The position numbers and the translations under genes are program-made. Below the pieces are notes generated by a model. It made no database searches. It was not told the origin of the DNA and was given only the letters and a program-made list of their open reading frames with translations. DNA of 63,699 nt, filler included, from Aduncisulcus paluster (Eukaryota), in NCBI GenBank assembly GCA_024181965.1. It is 22 parts of 22 records of this genome, joined end to end, with 100 filler letters (N's around TTAATTAATTAA, not from the genome) between each part and the next. Parts side by side here need not be neighbours in the genome. Positions count along the whole stretch, not along the records: positions 8,822 to 30,310 come from BQXS01005588.1; 21 more parts are not named here. The stretch is one strand, 5' to 3'. Of the stretch, positions 11,628 through 24,600 are shown one piece after another (positions within the stretch are counted from its first letter, which is position 1; each line of letters opens with the position of its first letter).

Positions 11628-12560
11628 ATGCCATTTGAAGAGCAAGATTTAACAAAGGATGAGGAAGATGATGAATTTTATCCTATATCTCAGGCACATG
11701 CTGAAACATATCAAATTGAATTGTTTCCTCCCCATCAGGTGATACCAGACATCCATATCCCTGTTGATCAGGATCCTCATACTCCTTTTCATGCGATTCA
11801 TGAGTTTGATTGCCCCCCAGTCTATTGGAAACTCACATATAAAAATACCTGTGAAAAACTCCAAAAGGGCATTTTGAGGCGAAAATCGACGGTTGAGCCA
11901 TGTTCTTGTTTGACAAGTTTGCACCAGGGTGATTCATATATATTATTCTTTTGTCTATTGCACCGTAAATTTATTCCTTGGCCCCGACACTCAGTAACTC
12001 CCGCCCTGTTATTCAAGCGAGGATATTGTGGCGATTGCTTCCAAAAGGGGGTTAAATTCTGGGGAAACAATAGTCGCCATGTCCCAAGGTTTAAATATGA
12101 TGGTCTATTCAAATCTATCTTTACTAATGTGTGGAAAGGATTTAGTTTCGAACAAACTTTTCGAAAGGTGTTTTTGAGTTCTTCTTCTTCTTCTGATCGG
12201 GGTGTTAGATACCCAGAGATTGAGACTGAAATTCTTGAATGTGCCCTTCAAGAAATGTTAATAGCCAAGGGAAAAGATCCCATTACCAAAGAAATTGTCC
12301 CAATGTTCAAGTTAGATGTGCCCGATATCATTGATGACTCATATAGGAGAGATGTTTGCTTTATGTTCCTATTAGCAGTGGGAAATTGCGGTAACGCCAA
12401 ATTTAAACAATTACAAGAAACCCATTGTCCTTCTTTTAAGGGAATTAAGAAAGGGTTGTATGTAATGTATTTCAGCGGAGATGATGAATTTAGAACGCGT
12501 ATTTATGACGATATTGTCAGGGCAGGTGGATATGATCCTTTGGATCTTTTTGAAGAGTGA
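11628..12560 (+). CDS. Hypothetical protein with Cys/His clusters
   Basis: 310-aa ORF; CSC, CLLH and CGDC could bind metal. Confidence 0.6.
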   Translation: MPFEEQDLTKDEEDDEFYPISQAHAETYQIELFPPHQVIPDIHIPVDQDPHTPFHAIHEFDCPPVYWKLTYKNTCEKLQKGILRRKSTVEPCSCLTSLHQGDSYILFFCLLHRKFIPWPRHSVTPALLFKRGYCGDCFQKGVKFWGNNSRHVPRFKYDGLFKSIFTNVWKGFSFEQTFRKVFLSSSSSSDRGVRYPEIETEILECALQEMLIAKGKDPITKEIVPMFKLDVPDIIDDSYRRDVCFMFLLAVGNCGNAKFKQLQETHCPSFKGIKKGLYVMYFSGDDEFRTRIYDDIVRAGGYDPLDLFEE

Positions 12561-13154
12561 CTCTTATCAAATCAGAAGAGTTAGTGGTTCATTTTTCATT
12601 TTTAAAAGGCATATATTTATTAATTCGAATGTTGTTAAATAAAATTTATCGATCTAATAACTCAAGCAATTGACAATGGAATGAGGACCTCTCAGAGTGC
12701 GAAGCGCAGATATTGGAGTGATGACACTCCGACTTCGAAAAATCTGATTGCAATAAATGAAAATGAACTGAATAACAAATAAAGTTGTTAATGATATTGA
12801 TTTTCACTCAAGTTTCTGAAAATAGTTGCAGGAAACCGAGGCATCGGAATATTGCTGAAATTTTTCTTGCCAAATGGGTATTAATGATTCAAATATCATT
12901 TGCATCTGCTTAGCATGAAGTTCATGGAAAAATAAATGGAATCAAAGAAACAAAAAATTTGAGATCTTGGTGCAATTAAGTGTTCATCGTTGAGAGTCTG
13001 AGTTCATTATTTTTGGAGTCGCTTGCTAATTATTTCCCGTTTTATTGTCGTAATTAGCATAAATCTGTAATATTTTACGAAATAACTCACTTTAAATTGT
13101 TGTATTAGCAAGTTATCCGCTTTTTTCTAAAAGTCTTATTTATTTTACGAATTA

Positions 13155-15686
13155 ATGAAAAAGATCACTCATTATTATAGTTTTTTATTTTCTTTGCCAT
13201 ATTCAACTCTTTTGCCACTTGGTGAGGAGGAGAAATTGAAATTAGAAGAAGACTTAAAGGTTTTTGAATCTACTCGCTTGTCTCATATAAAAGATGCCAT
13301 GGTTCATTTCGAATACCCCGAATGCGAATATAGTCCAAAATCAAACATATTAGAAGGTACTGAAAAACATTTTCTTTATGTTGTACAACTCAAATTCACC
13401 AAACTCTCTCCTGAGCAAAAAACCAATCTTGACAAAACAGTTTTCAGTTATATCCATAGTAGTCTTAAACAGCATTGCAAAGAAAAATTCATTTTGTCCA
13501 GTTCAAAAATGAGCCCTCTCTTTTCGCAAGCCAAAAGATTTCCTTACCGCTGTGAAGTTCTCAGACAAGTATCAACGGAAAGAAGGAAACATTATTTTGT
13601 TGTTAAGACAGATGACGCTTCTGAAGAAAATCCTTGTAGTCTTGTTATTGGATTTTTATCAGAAGAGGATATTTCGAGCCTCAGGGATGCTGTCATGAAA
13701 CAAGAAGAACTCTCATCCAATCAACGTGGTTCTCATCGTCAAGGGAATGCGACAAAAAAGCGACAACCCACCCCGACAAAAGTTGAACCTAGTGTTGGAA
13801 GCTCTTCAAGTCGTTCTTCCCAAGTTCATTCAAAGCCAGCGCATCCTGAGCCCAAAACTGATCCAAGTATTGATTCAATAGAAAAGAAAGCTCCCAAAGA
13901 GAAGGAATCTGATTCTTCATGTGATGTATCCAGTCTTCACCCCATTCAACTTTCTGATGATTCTCCTCACCAGCATTTCCAAATGGAATCTGTTGATTCT
14001 TTACGTGAATCACCCCAAAGTTTTTCTTATTCTTTTACGCCTTCGTCTTCCTACCCTACACAATTCCGCCCAGCTCCTCCAACTCATATTAGGCCCCCTG
14101 GCTCTTTATCTACACAATCTGATTCTTTAAAGAGTCTACATCGGCCTCAAATCTCTCAGTCATCGCTATATGAATCTGTGTCGCGCTCAGATGTGATCCA
14201 TCCTCAGAACCGTAGTAGTTCTGAACGACTGACCGGAGGAGACCAACATTTCTCTGCTTCCTCGTTTCAAACTTCAACATTTCACATTGATCCCGTAGGA
14301 GTAGGAAGAACAACTCCAATTAGATCCCGTCAATCATACCCGCAGGGTCACCCTGACCCACATCCCCAATCACTCCGTCAACATGCTTCCCAGCTTCCTG
14401 TTTCCCAACGTCCTGCTTCTCAGCATCATCGTGTGCACCATAATCCCCATCCCGTTCAGCAAGAACATGACACGATAAGGAGAGAGAGAGACGCCCCTCA
14501 TACACGTGCCCGACCCATCCATGATCCTGGTCCAGGAGAAACTGGACATCCTGTGCAGAGGCGGTACAATGAACAACAGATGTGGGAGGAGAGTTGTGGT
14601 TATTGCATGTCAACATATGGCAGTTCCCATTCAAGTTCCGTCGGTCAGTCCGTGGAACAACCCCATAGTTTTCCTTTTCCTTCTATCTATCAACGTGCCC
14701 ATTCTCGCTCTGTGGCATCTCCTGACTTTCAGGTCCGATATCATCGTCCCATATATGGTGAGCAGTCGTCCTATGGGGTCGGGGTTCCGTCCCATTACAT
14801 GCCACAACGTGTGCCTCAGAGCTCCATTCCCGAACATTCTCGACACGTCCAAGGGTTATATCAGCAAGGGGAGCATCAAAGGGCATATCCTAATCGGCTT
14901 GAAGACTTTCCAGATCATTCCTACGACAGGATACCAATTCAGACAGACCGTCATTCTTCTTTTGCTCAAACTCAGACTTCTCAATTTGTTCAGCCCAGAT
15001 CTGGTTCATATTCATCTCAGTATCAGTTCATGGGTGCTCCGATGCATAGTCCCCCTCATCACTCTCAACCCCTCCCTCAAGGTCACCCTCAGGCTCATTC
15101 TCAGCATCATCCCCAGCATCTCCCTCAAGGTCACTCACAGCATCACCCTCATTCTCACCCTCATGCCCAATCTCACTCCCAGTCTCACTCCCATGCACAG
15201 TCTCATTCACTTGGTTTCTCCCATGAGTACTCTCATTATAGCCTTCCGACTGCTGATCTACCGTCTTATTCTGATTCAAGCCAAGTGTACACAAGCGCGT
15301 CTCTTCCATCAATGCTCCCTCCAGCAATGTGGCAACATCTTCAGAGCAGGGATCAGCAGCGTGTCATGCGCACGTCCTCTTCATCTTCTTCTCCTTTGTA
15401 TCCCTCTTCGACGACTCCATCTTCGGCTAGAACCGTTCAGAGTTTATCGGGCAGGTCATCCATTCGTTCTTCCTTAGAACCTGGTGGACCCCATGCATCT
15501 AGTATAGATATTCCAATAAGAGATCGGAGTGTTGTTGGTCCGTCCTCTCACATGCATTATACTCCTCCTCAGTCGCATATGTATTCCTCATATTCTGGCC
15601 CCCATCACGGCAGTACTAGCAGTGGAAGAGTATGTTATGATGATCCATCGCATCCTCACCAGCAACAAGATCATCATTCTGGATGA
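13155..15686 (+). CDS. Protein with ~180-aa globular N-domain and long S/H/Q/P-rich disordered region
   Basis: 843-aa ORF with His/Gln repeats such as PQGHSQHHPHSH. Confidence 0.7.
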   Translation: MKKITHYYSFLFSLPYSTLLPLGEEEKLKLEEDLKVFESTRLSHIKDAMVHFEYPECEYSPKSNILEGTEKHFLYVVQLKFTKLSPEQKTNLDKTVFSYIHSSLKQHCKEKFILSSSKMSPLFSQAKRFPYRCEVLRQVSTERRKHYFVVKTDDASEENPCSLVIGFLSEEDISSLRDAVMKQEELSSNQRGSHRQGNATKKRQPTPTKVEPSVGSSSSRSSQVHSKPAHPEPKTDPSIDSIEKKAPKEKESDSSCDVSSLHPIQLSDDSPHQHFQMESVDSLRESPQSFSYSFTPSSSYPTQFRPAPPTHIRPPGSLSTQSDSLKSLHRPQISQSSLYESVSRSDVIHPQNRSSSERLTGGDQHFSASSFQTSTFHIDPVGVGRTTPIRSRQSYPQGHPDPHPQSLRQHASQLPVSQRPASQHHRVHHNPHPVQQEHDTIRRERDAPHTRARPIHDPGPGETGHPVQRRYNEQQMWEESCGYCMSTYGSSHSSSVGQSVEQPHSFPFPSIYQRAHSRSVASPDFQVRYHRPIYGEQSSYGVGVPSHYMPQRVPQSSIPEHSRHVQGLYQQGEHQRAYPNRLEDFPDHSYDRIPIQTDRHSSFAQTQTSQFVQPRSGSYSSQYQFMGAPMHSPPHHSQPLPQGHPQAHSQHHPQHLPQGHSQHHPHSHPHAQSHSQSHSHAQSHSLGFSHEYSHYSLPTADLPSYSDSSQVYTSASLPSMLPPAMWQHLQSRDQQRVMRTSSSSSSPLYPSSTTPSSARTVQSLSGRSSIRSSLEPGGPHASSIDIPIRDRSVVGPSSHMHYTPPQSHMYSSYSGPHHGSTSSGRVCYDDPSHPHQQQDHHSG

Positions 15687-16387
15687 GGCTGTGATGTGTA
15701 TTGATGCGTTTTGTTAATGATATATTGTCAATTTGGTTGAGAACTTGAGCTATTTATGGATTTGATTTGAAATAACTTACCTCACTCGATTCTTTGACCT
15801 TCTAGGGTTAAGCATTATTAGTGTTTTTTATGAGCTTTCCTACCTCAATCCACCATTAATTCCCTTCAAGAAACTCTATCTTAATAGTCCCGTGTTCGTT
15901 TTTTTATACTTTATTTTACTTACTTTTTACAATACTATTACCTTAATTGATCATTTTATCATGAGTCATCTCTTCCCTCTCTCTAATATATTCTTAATAT
16001 ATTTGGCTGTTGATGTTTGGGAGTCTTCTTGAAGCGATTGAGTGCATGTGTGTGTGATTTACTCAAAGTTTTATTATTATTAATTTATTATTATTAATTA
16101 ATATTTAAAGTGGTACAAAAACATACATATATATATTTATATATATTATTCATATCTACATTGATTCTTATATATCAATGGTGTCTTTTGATATGGCAAC
16201 ACGTTCAACTGCAAAACCCTTCTCACTTTCTTTCTTTCCTTTTCTTTTCCCTTGTTTTCTGCTGTCAGGATGAATATGCAGTTATTTCATCCAAATTTCC
16301 TTCAATTCTCTATTTTGTCATCTCGATTATTATTCCATTCTAATTCTAATCTTCTATATTTTATATATTCTCATGCAATTTATGAAT

Positions 16388-16418
<31 letters not shown>

Positions 16419-16599
16419 CTATTTGGTTTTTGAAACTTCTCTGTCAATTTAGAACTTTTTTGTAATATTTATAAAATTATTTTAAATTGATTTTTATAGG
16501 TCTTTTAGGATAATGGCTCTGATTTTTTATATTTTCATCAGGAATGGTTTACTGTAGTATATGTATCAATTCTGTAGTCGTTCGTGTCAACAGTACACA

Positions 16600-16670
16600 C
16601 TCTCTCTCTCTCTCAAATTAAACCTTTTCTGGTGGAGATTTTTCTTTCTCTCTCTCTCTCTCTCTCTCTC
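16600..16670 (+). repeat. Two (CT)n microsatellites
   Basis: About 16600-16614 and 16647-16670. Confidence 0.9.
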
Positions 16671-17616
16671 CAGTCAATCTATTTTCTCTATATTGATTTT
16701 TCTTTCCTCAACACAAATACTTTCTCATCTTCTTTTTATGGCTTTTATTTTTGTTATTTGTTTTCTCACCGATATAAATATGTGCGTGTAAATAGTTGAG
16801 GATATTTTTGATTTTTTTTTATTTTTTTATTTTTTTTTTGTTTCACTTCTGTAACTTGTTATGTATGCTCATTATTTCTATTATTATTGATTTAGTTTAG
16901 TCTCGAGAAAGAAGTTTGATGGTTCTTTCTCAATAGACCTAAAATTAACTCTTATTGTGTCTACTTGATACGTCAGAATCAATATCTCCCATGTCCTTGT
17001 TCTCTCCAGTCAAATTTTAAGTTGTTTCGTTCTCATTTTTTTGGGGAATTCGTTTTGGTGGATTCAATTCAAACAGAAACAATAGACAACATGTTATTTT
17101 ATTAACTTTTTTTTTATTATTTTTGGTTATTATGTTTTGATAGTTGTTATTTTTGTCCTGGTTTGGTATTCTTCCCGGTTAAATGAAGATTTTAAAGAAA
17201 AAAAAATTAAAAAGGAAAAAGAAAGGAGAAAAAAATTAATTTAAATTTAGAATTTTTTATTATTACACCTTCTATTCTACATTTTGTCTGACTTTTTGGA
17301 AAGTATGTTATTACTCCTATCTGCGAAGATTATTGTCAAATAATAAATGGTAGATCGAATATATTACTTTACTAGGTCATTAAATTAGGGAAACGCCTGT
17401 CCATNNNNNNNNNNNNNNNNNNNNTAAAGAAAAAAAAATTAAAAAGGAAAAAGAAAGGAGAAAAAAATTAATTTAAATTTAGAATTTTTTATTATTACAC
17501 CTTCTATTCTACATTTTGTCTGACTTTTTGGAAAGTATGTTATTACTCCTATCTGCGAAGATTATTGTCAAATAATAAATGGTAGATCGAATATATTACT
17601 TTACTAGGTCATTAAA

Positions 17617-17910
17617 TTAGGGAAACGCCTGTCCATCGATCATTTGGAGCTTGATGCTCTTATCAATATCACACCAAACAGTGTATTGTACTCTTGCTTT
17701 AATACCATTTGTATGTTCAACATTGCAATCGAGAACATATTTTATCCCACGAACAACCTGTGATTTCCATTTTAAGGGGGTGACAGAAACCAATTTCATT
17801 TCTTCAGAAGGAGGATGAGCATTGAAGGTCGCTTTCACTTCATCGCAAATCTTTAAAGCAAGTTCATTGCCGGTACAGTCAGAAAATTCGGTAAATCCAC
17901 CACACAACAT
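17617..17910 (-). CDS. Cystatin/stefin-type cysteine protease inhibitor
   Basis: N-terminal MLCGG, QVVRG (QxVxG), 97 aa, no signal peptide. Confidence 0.85.
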   Translation of the reverse strand: MLCGGFTEFSDCTGNELALKICDEVKATFNAHPPSEEMKLVSVTPLKWKSQVVRGIKYVLDCNVEHTNGIKARVQYTVWCDIDKSIKLQMIDGQAFP

Positions 17911-18635
17911 TGGGATCTTTTAAGAGGATCAAAAGGATAATAAAATCAAGTAAATATTGTTTGATATCGATATAAAATTCAATGTAAGATATATTTAACT
18001 TACTATTATTTTGTTTGTTGGTCAAAAACACACTCTACGTTTATCAGAAATCGACTAAAAAAAAAGACAATGTTCAAAGGCATACTGAGCTAGTTATAGC
18101 CGATTTAAATTCAAGTTTACTAAATAAAGCATACATGGGAAATTCTTAAAGATATTAAATACTTCATGGAAGCTTTCATTTATCCTTGAGAGNNNNNNNN
18201 NNNNNNNNNNNNAGGATCAAAAGGATAATAAAATCAAGTAAATATTGTTTGATATCGATATAAAATTCAATGTAAGATATATTTAACTTACTATTATTTT
18301 GTTTGTTGGTCAAAAACACACTCTACGTTTATCAGAAATCGACTAAAAAAAAGACAATGTTCAAAGGCATACTGAGCTAGTTATAGCCGATTTAAATTCA
18401 AGTTTACTAAATAAAGCATACATGGGAAATTCTTAAAGATATTAAATACTTCATGGAAGCTTTCATTTATCCTTGAGAGGCGGATTTTTGCAGGGGGGCG
18501 AAAATAGAGTATTTTTGGAGTGTTGTTGAGAGAATGAAAGTTATATTTGCTTTTTAATGAATAATTTGTTACTATTGTAAAAGCTCTAATAGATATTAAG
18601 ATGATAAGATAGATTGCCCTTATTTGTCGCATAGG

Positions 18636-21600
18636 ATGTTTTCTCTTTTCTTGAAGACTAATTTTCTTCTTGAATTGCGACGATATTATGCTTCTATAAT
18701 TGAAGTACTTGTTATTCCAATTGTTGCGTGTCTCATATTATCTCTTGTGCTTAATAGTCCCTATGGTTACTCAGATTCTAATATTATTGAAGTTTCAACG
18801 CCTAAATTACCTAATTGTGATCTTGTCAGTGAACCTGATTGTCTAGAGCTCATATACTATCCATCCTGTGAAGAAGCTAGATTCTTTGCTGAATATTTAA
18901 TTGAAAAAGAAGATATCAACCCCACTCTTGTGAAAGCTTTTGACAATGAGACTGATATGTTTGACTTTTTTAACAAAGTAGAAAATCGTCACACTCTGTA
19001 TAAAAGTGGATTTTACATGGAGGAGACTTCTGATTCAAAGAATAACTCTTCCACTCCCGTTGAAATATCTTTCAATCCTCTTACTCATATGATAAACAAA
19101 GCATTTCCACAAATATTTAATTCCACTGATCTCATTCCTTATGGCTGTGATGGTGAGTCTGGTGACAGGTGTGTGTGGATGGATCCTGGTCAAATTATTT
19201 CAAAAAGGGCTGTCGAAGCCCTTGCTCAGCTTTCTGGGACAGATCTTCTCTTGAATATGACAGCTGCCCTTGCTCCAGCCAAGGAAGCCTGGTTTAATGG
19301 GGATTCTATTACTCATACGGGCATATTGTATAGTGCCAATCCATATGTTTGCGCTTTTATATTTCCAATTGCTCTTTTTTCCACCCTCATGGCATTCGTT
19401 GATGCTGGTAGAAACCGTGAACAGGGTGTTATGAATTCAATTAAACTTTTGTCATCTAAACGGTTTGGCACTGAGATGAAGTGGACTTTGGCTCAATATG
19501 TCACATGCTTCACTCTTGGATTCCTTGGTTTAGCTGTCACCTTCATCTGTCTATCCATTGCTAATATTGGTGATATCCCTGTTCATTCCACATTTTCGAC
19601 AATTCTATTTTATATGTTTTTCTTATTGTTACATTATATTTCCATGTCATATGTCTTTCATCGCCTAGCTCGAGCTCAAATGCTTGGTATTATCTTCCCC
19701 ACTGCCGTCATGGTCTTTGTTCTTCTTTGTACTTTCAGTAATTATAGCAACAGTGACAAACGCGCGGAGAATATCGCGGCATTCTCAACGAAAGATATTC
19801 TTTATGACCTATTCTTCCCTGGAATTCCTGAGATCAACTTCTTTTGTGACATTGGAAGATTGTATTCTGATGATGGGATTCTCAAGAGTTCTCTCGGAGA
19901 TGTAGAATGGAGATACACCTTTGGAATGTTGTTCTCAGGATTCTTCTGGTTTGGTGCCTTTATTGTTATTGAATTGGTTTGTGAGATCTTTGAAGTCATT
20001 CACCGTAATTCTATTCGAAACAATACAAATTTCAACGTCAACTTCGATAACAATCGTAAACAACACGGAGATAGAGTTGATGGTGATACTTCGACACCGA
20101 AGCTCTGTTCCTTTGAAGAAGATCAGATTATTCATGAATCCGGCTCTTGTGATTCTAGTTCTTCGAAGACAATCGTTTCTGTCTCACACCTTGCTTTTTG
20201 CTATGATAATCCAGTCCTTCGGTTTGTTCGGAAAGTTGCTCTTGGGATCGATTCATGCTTCTCTTCGTCTTCCAAGTGTAAATCCAAAGCCTCTGATGAC
20301 ACGGTGCCTCTTTTGAGTTCTATTGAGGAGAAGAAAGGTGGAAGAAGAGTCTCTGAAAGATCAGCAATGGATCCGCAGCCTGGGATAACTGGAGAGTTAG
20401 CTGAGTATGGAACTGGTACAAAATCATCCAAATCGAAACAATCAACGAAATCAACTAAAGGACAGAAGGAGAAATCTGGAGATTATTATGATGGTAAAGA
20501 TAAAACCATGTCAAAGGATAGTGGTCTTGAGGATGAGGAGGACACAAACATGTCATGCATTGAGAGAGCTTTCAGAGCCACGACTCCCATATTCACCGAC
20601 CTTTCTTTCACTGCAAGCACATCGACAGCCATTCTTGGTAAATCAGGGGAAGGTAAAACGACACTATTCTCGCTCCTTTTGAATTTGAATAGTCCTATTT
20701 CTGGCTCCATCTCTTTCTCTCACTCTGAAGACTCATACATTGGATACATGCCCCAGGATAGTAATGAACTTATGTTCCCATGGTTAGACGTGAGGCAACA
20801 CATCCAATTTGCAGTATCATTGCGTCGTAACAAGTGGGTTCCTGAGGAAGGTGATGAAGTGAAGATGCTGATTGAGAAGGCACAGCTTGATCTCGCTGAA
20901 CACGGACGACTAACTCCCTTGCAAATGTCAGGTGGTATGAAGCGTAGGCTATGTCTTGCCATCGCTCTTGCCGGTGACCCCTCCCTTGTCCTCCTAGATG
21001 AACCCACTGTTGGTCTGGATCCTGTCACAAGAAGCAATGTTTGGGATACGCTTCGGAAGATCTCAGAGGACACTCCTTTGTTGTTCTCATCCCACATTGT
21101 CGAGGAGATCGAGGCTCTTGCAAAGAATGTCGTTCTCATTGCTGGAGGGAATGCTGTTCATCAGGGTTCTGTGATCGATCTTATGAAAAGTGGGATTGCT
21201 GTTGAAATTAACCTCTCAAAACGCGGCGAAATAAGGAAAGAAATGATGATGTCAAGGCGTGAACAAGCTGGAGAGAGACATGGAGAGTGTGAAGATGATC
21301 GCCATCTGCCTCCTTCATTCTCCGCAAGAAGTTTGTGTTCCACCCATTCGTCTTCAGATTCTTCCTCGAGTTTGCTCGACGATCATCATGGGCACCGCGA
21401 TGATTCTTCATCAGACATATCTAGACATGGCGGATCTTCTAGTTTCTCTCTCTCAAAAAAATGTTATCGATCTATTTATAGATTCCTCAAACACAACCAG
21501 GATGAGTTTAAAGATGTGTGTGTGTGGTGTGAAGATAAAATTGATGATGATGATCCACTTGGTTATGGTATATTCGGGGATCATTCCAGGAGTCATTTGG

Positions 21601-24600
21601 ATGGTACTTTCTCACATTCAATTGCTCCACCCAAAGTTGAGGTTATTCTATTGTTTCTCAATCGAATCAGTGATGATTATTCCTCGGTCCAGGATTTTCT
21701 CGGTGACTCTTTCAGAAAAATCATGGGCAAACTTGGAATTTCTGAGGAAATTGTTATGCTCAGAGCATGGAAAACTGCTGAAGCTGTGGCGGCTTTGTCT
21801 CACAAGAACATGAAAGTTGATTATTCTGATAAAGAGCGACGCAAGAAAGAAAAACGAGAGAGGAAAGAGAGGAAGCGTCGTGAAGAAGAAGCTCGTAGGG
21901 CCCAAGTATCCTTTGAAAAGCGAAAGAAGAGAGATCAGAAAAAAGAGATGAAGCAGAAATCTCAGATTAGTGGTTCGAATGTATCCAAGACTGATGATAC
22001 AAGTCAGATAGAAAAAGTACATGTTGTTGAGAGTGGTGACATGATAGACCATGAAGAAACTCTCACACATGATAGCGGCAGTGCATTACTCGAGATGACT
22101 TCAACAGGAATGGTGTCGTCATCTGACGTTAGTGGGTTGTCGACAGCCAGATCTGAAGCTTTGTCAACAATGTCGAGTGTGATGCCAAGCTGTGAGACCA
22201 GTGAGATGCCTTCCCACATCACTTTGGAGCGGGAATCATCATATTACATGGAAATTGAGTGCTGTTGCTGTCTTGATGTTGACCAGGAAAAGGGTGGACC
22301 TCGTGGTCGTGGAGTTTATTGTTCGATGCGTTGTATTTCCATCCTGAGGAATGTTGTAGGTTTCATGGCTGCTCTGTTGGGCCCTGGTCTTTTATACTTT
22401 GGTGTATTTGTCGTGTTGACGGGTGGAAAACCACTCTACCCCTATGTCAGGGAGGATCAGGATATGAATGAACTCATGAAGGATATCCTGCCTTACTCGC
22501 ATCTGTATACTTCAGCTGAGGGGTGTGATCAGGATATCCTTGACTCCATTGGCTATGCTGTGAATGTCGGTGACATTAGTGATAACTCTGGCCTCATGTC
22601 ATGGGTTGCTGGACATATTAACAGTATTCCTCTTGAAGATATTGCCTCGTCTGCTGAATTATCATCTGTGCTCTATGAACAGGGCGACAAAGTGTTCACG
22701 TCCAGTCAAATGGATACGTGGCCAGCAAGTATCGATCTTCCTTATTCCTCATTCCATTTTTATCAGTACTCAGATATTGATACTGTTTCTATTAATATAT
22801 CTGATTCTATTAATAGGTATAGTGATATTGACCCTGATAACCTTGATAAACGAGGACAAGGAAGTAATTCTGACAAACTTGATTTGTTCAGATCATATCT
22901 TGAATTATTAAACCTTTCTAAAACTCTTATTGTTGATTCTATTCCGCAAGAAGAAGTGGTTTCAACCTCAGATGTAATTGTGAGTGATTCTTTCATTCAC
23001 AAATATTTGTTCCACTTCAACCTTGTTTGTTATAAGTTCTCGCAATGTCTTGATCCTCTCCATAATCAAGACAAACAATTCACTCATTCTTCCTCTTATT
23101 TTACAGATAATAACAACTCAGATCCGAACAACAGAATGGAATCAACGAGGGATGGACTATTTGTATTGGCCAACCTTCAAAAATGCTCTGATCGAATATT
23201 GGATGATCTCACTCACGATCAACGAATCAATAGGGAACTTCTTGCCACTATAAGACAACATATTTCTTCTATCCTGTCAATCGGCAATATTATGGATTAT
23301 GACTATGATAATCACTCATCGTTGACTGATATTGACAAGGAATTGTATGGAGTTTATTATCTTCTCGAAAGGTCTTTGGATCCACATGCTCCACTGACAG
23401 TTCGTTCTCTGCACACCGCCTACCTCAATGTAGTTCAGAACTTCCCAATCGCTAATTCTATCGCCCCACCGATCGGTCCCTCCAACATGCACCAGCACAG
23501 TCTATTATTAGATGCATTCCTCAAAGAATCGACCCAAGGCTCCATTTCTGCCTCTCTTAATGTTTCTCTTCAGTTTTCTGGAGGATATTATCCGGATGTT
23601 GATCTCATCTCAATCTGGGTTATTTCCATGCTTATTCCATGGCTATTTATATCCATTTTGCTTTCTTCTCAATTCAAACAGTTTCAATCGTTATCGAGGT
23701 ATGGCGGCCCTGATCTTGTTCGACCAATTTATGATGTGATCCTGTTAATCCCAATCACAATAATATCCATCCTTGTGATATTGTCAATCGCTTGGTTATT
23801 TGGTGTTGAGAGTCTCCGATCGAATGGAGCTTTGCCGATGGTCTTCTTGGCAGTTGGCAGTGGCATTGTCGTCACCATCTCTGCCTATCTTGTGGTTATG
23901 ATTGTCGGTTCTCTGCCACTAACCATCATCCTCAGTATGTTCTTGATTGTGATGTCTATTATGATTGGTACAATGATGCCAGCGTATGGTGAGACTGTTG
24001 ATCGTGACTGGTGGTTCCTGTTGATCCCCTTTAGCCTTCCTATCTTGATGTTTATGAGAATGATCATCAATGGGGCTGTTGATGGTCAAATCATTCCATC
24101 GCCTCGCATTTCTAATCACGATCTTCTCTTGTTTGCTACACCCAATGCCAGGAAATTCTTATTTATATTCGGGCTTTGTTGGGTCCATCTTGCCGTTTTC
24201 TGCATTATTATGGTCCTCAGAAAACTTCCTGGACAACTTATCAAGAAATTACGCGACGAAAAAGAGAGAAAGAAGGAAAATGTTCCTGCTGAATCTCGTG
24301 ATGCTGATAATGAAAATGGTCAACTCTTACTAACATTTGAGGAAGAAAAAGAAATGAAGAAGAAACCCCTGAGCAGAAGGGAGAGAAGGAAGAAGAGACG
24401 GATTCAGAGAGATCTCATCAATGGAAAACCTTCTGATCTACTTTTGAAAGCTGATGATATGGATGATTCAAGTCATATCCACACCACTGCTCTCAGTGCA
24501 ACGTCAATTCTCCATGATGTCGAAGAATCTATACCCGCCGTTGTGGAGGAATTTGCAAGGAGTGGAGGACTTGCTTTCTCCCATTTCGAGAATGGACCGG

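Noticed and set aside
12610-12751. Full U3 snoRNA
   Set aside because: No GAC/A'/A boxes upstream and no pairing between the C'-B and C-D segments; kept only as a generic C/D candidate
15900-17000. Short F/L/I-rich ORFs as membrane proteins
   Set aside because: Products of poly-T and CT tracts in AT-rich noncoding DNA
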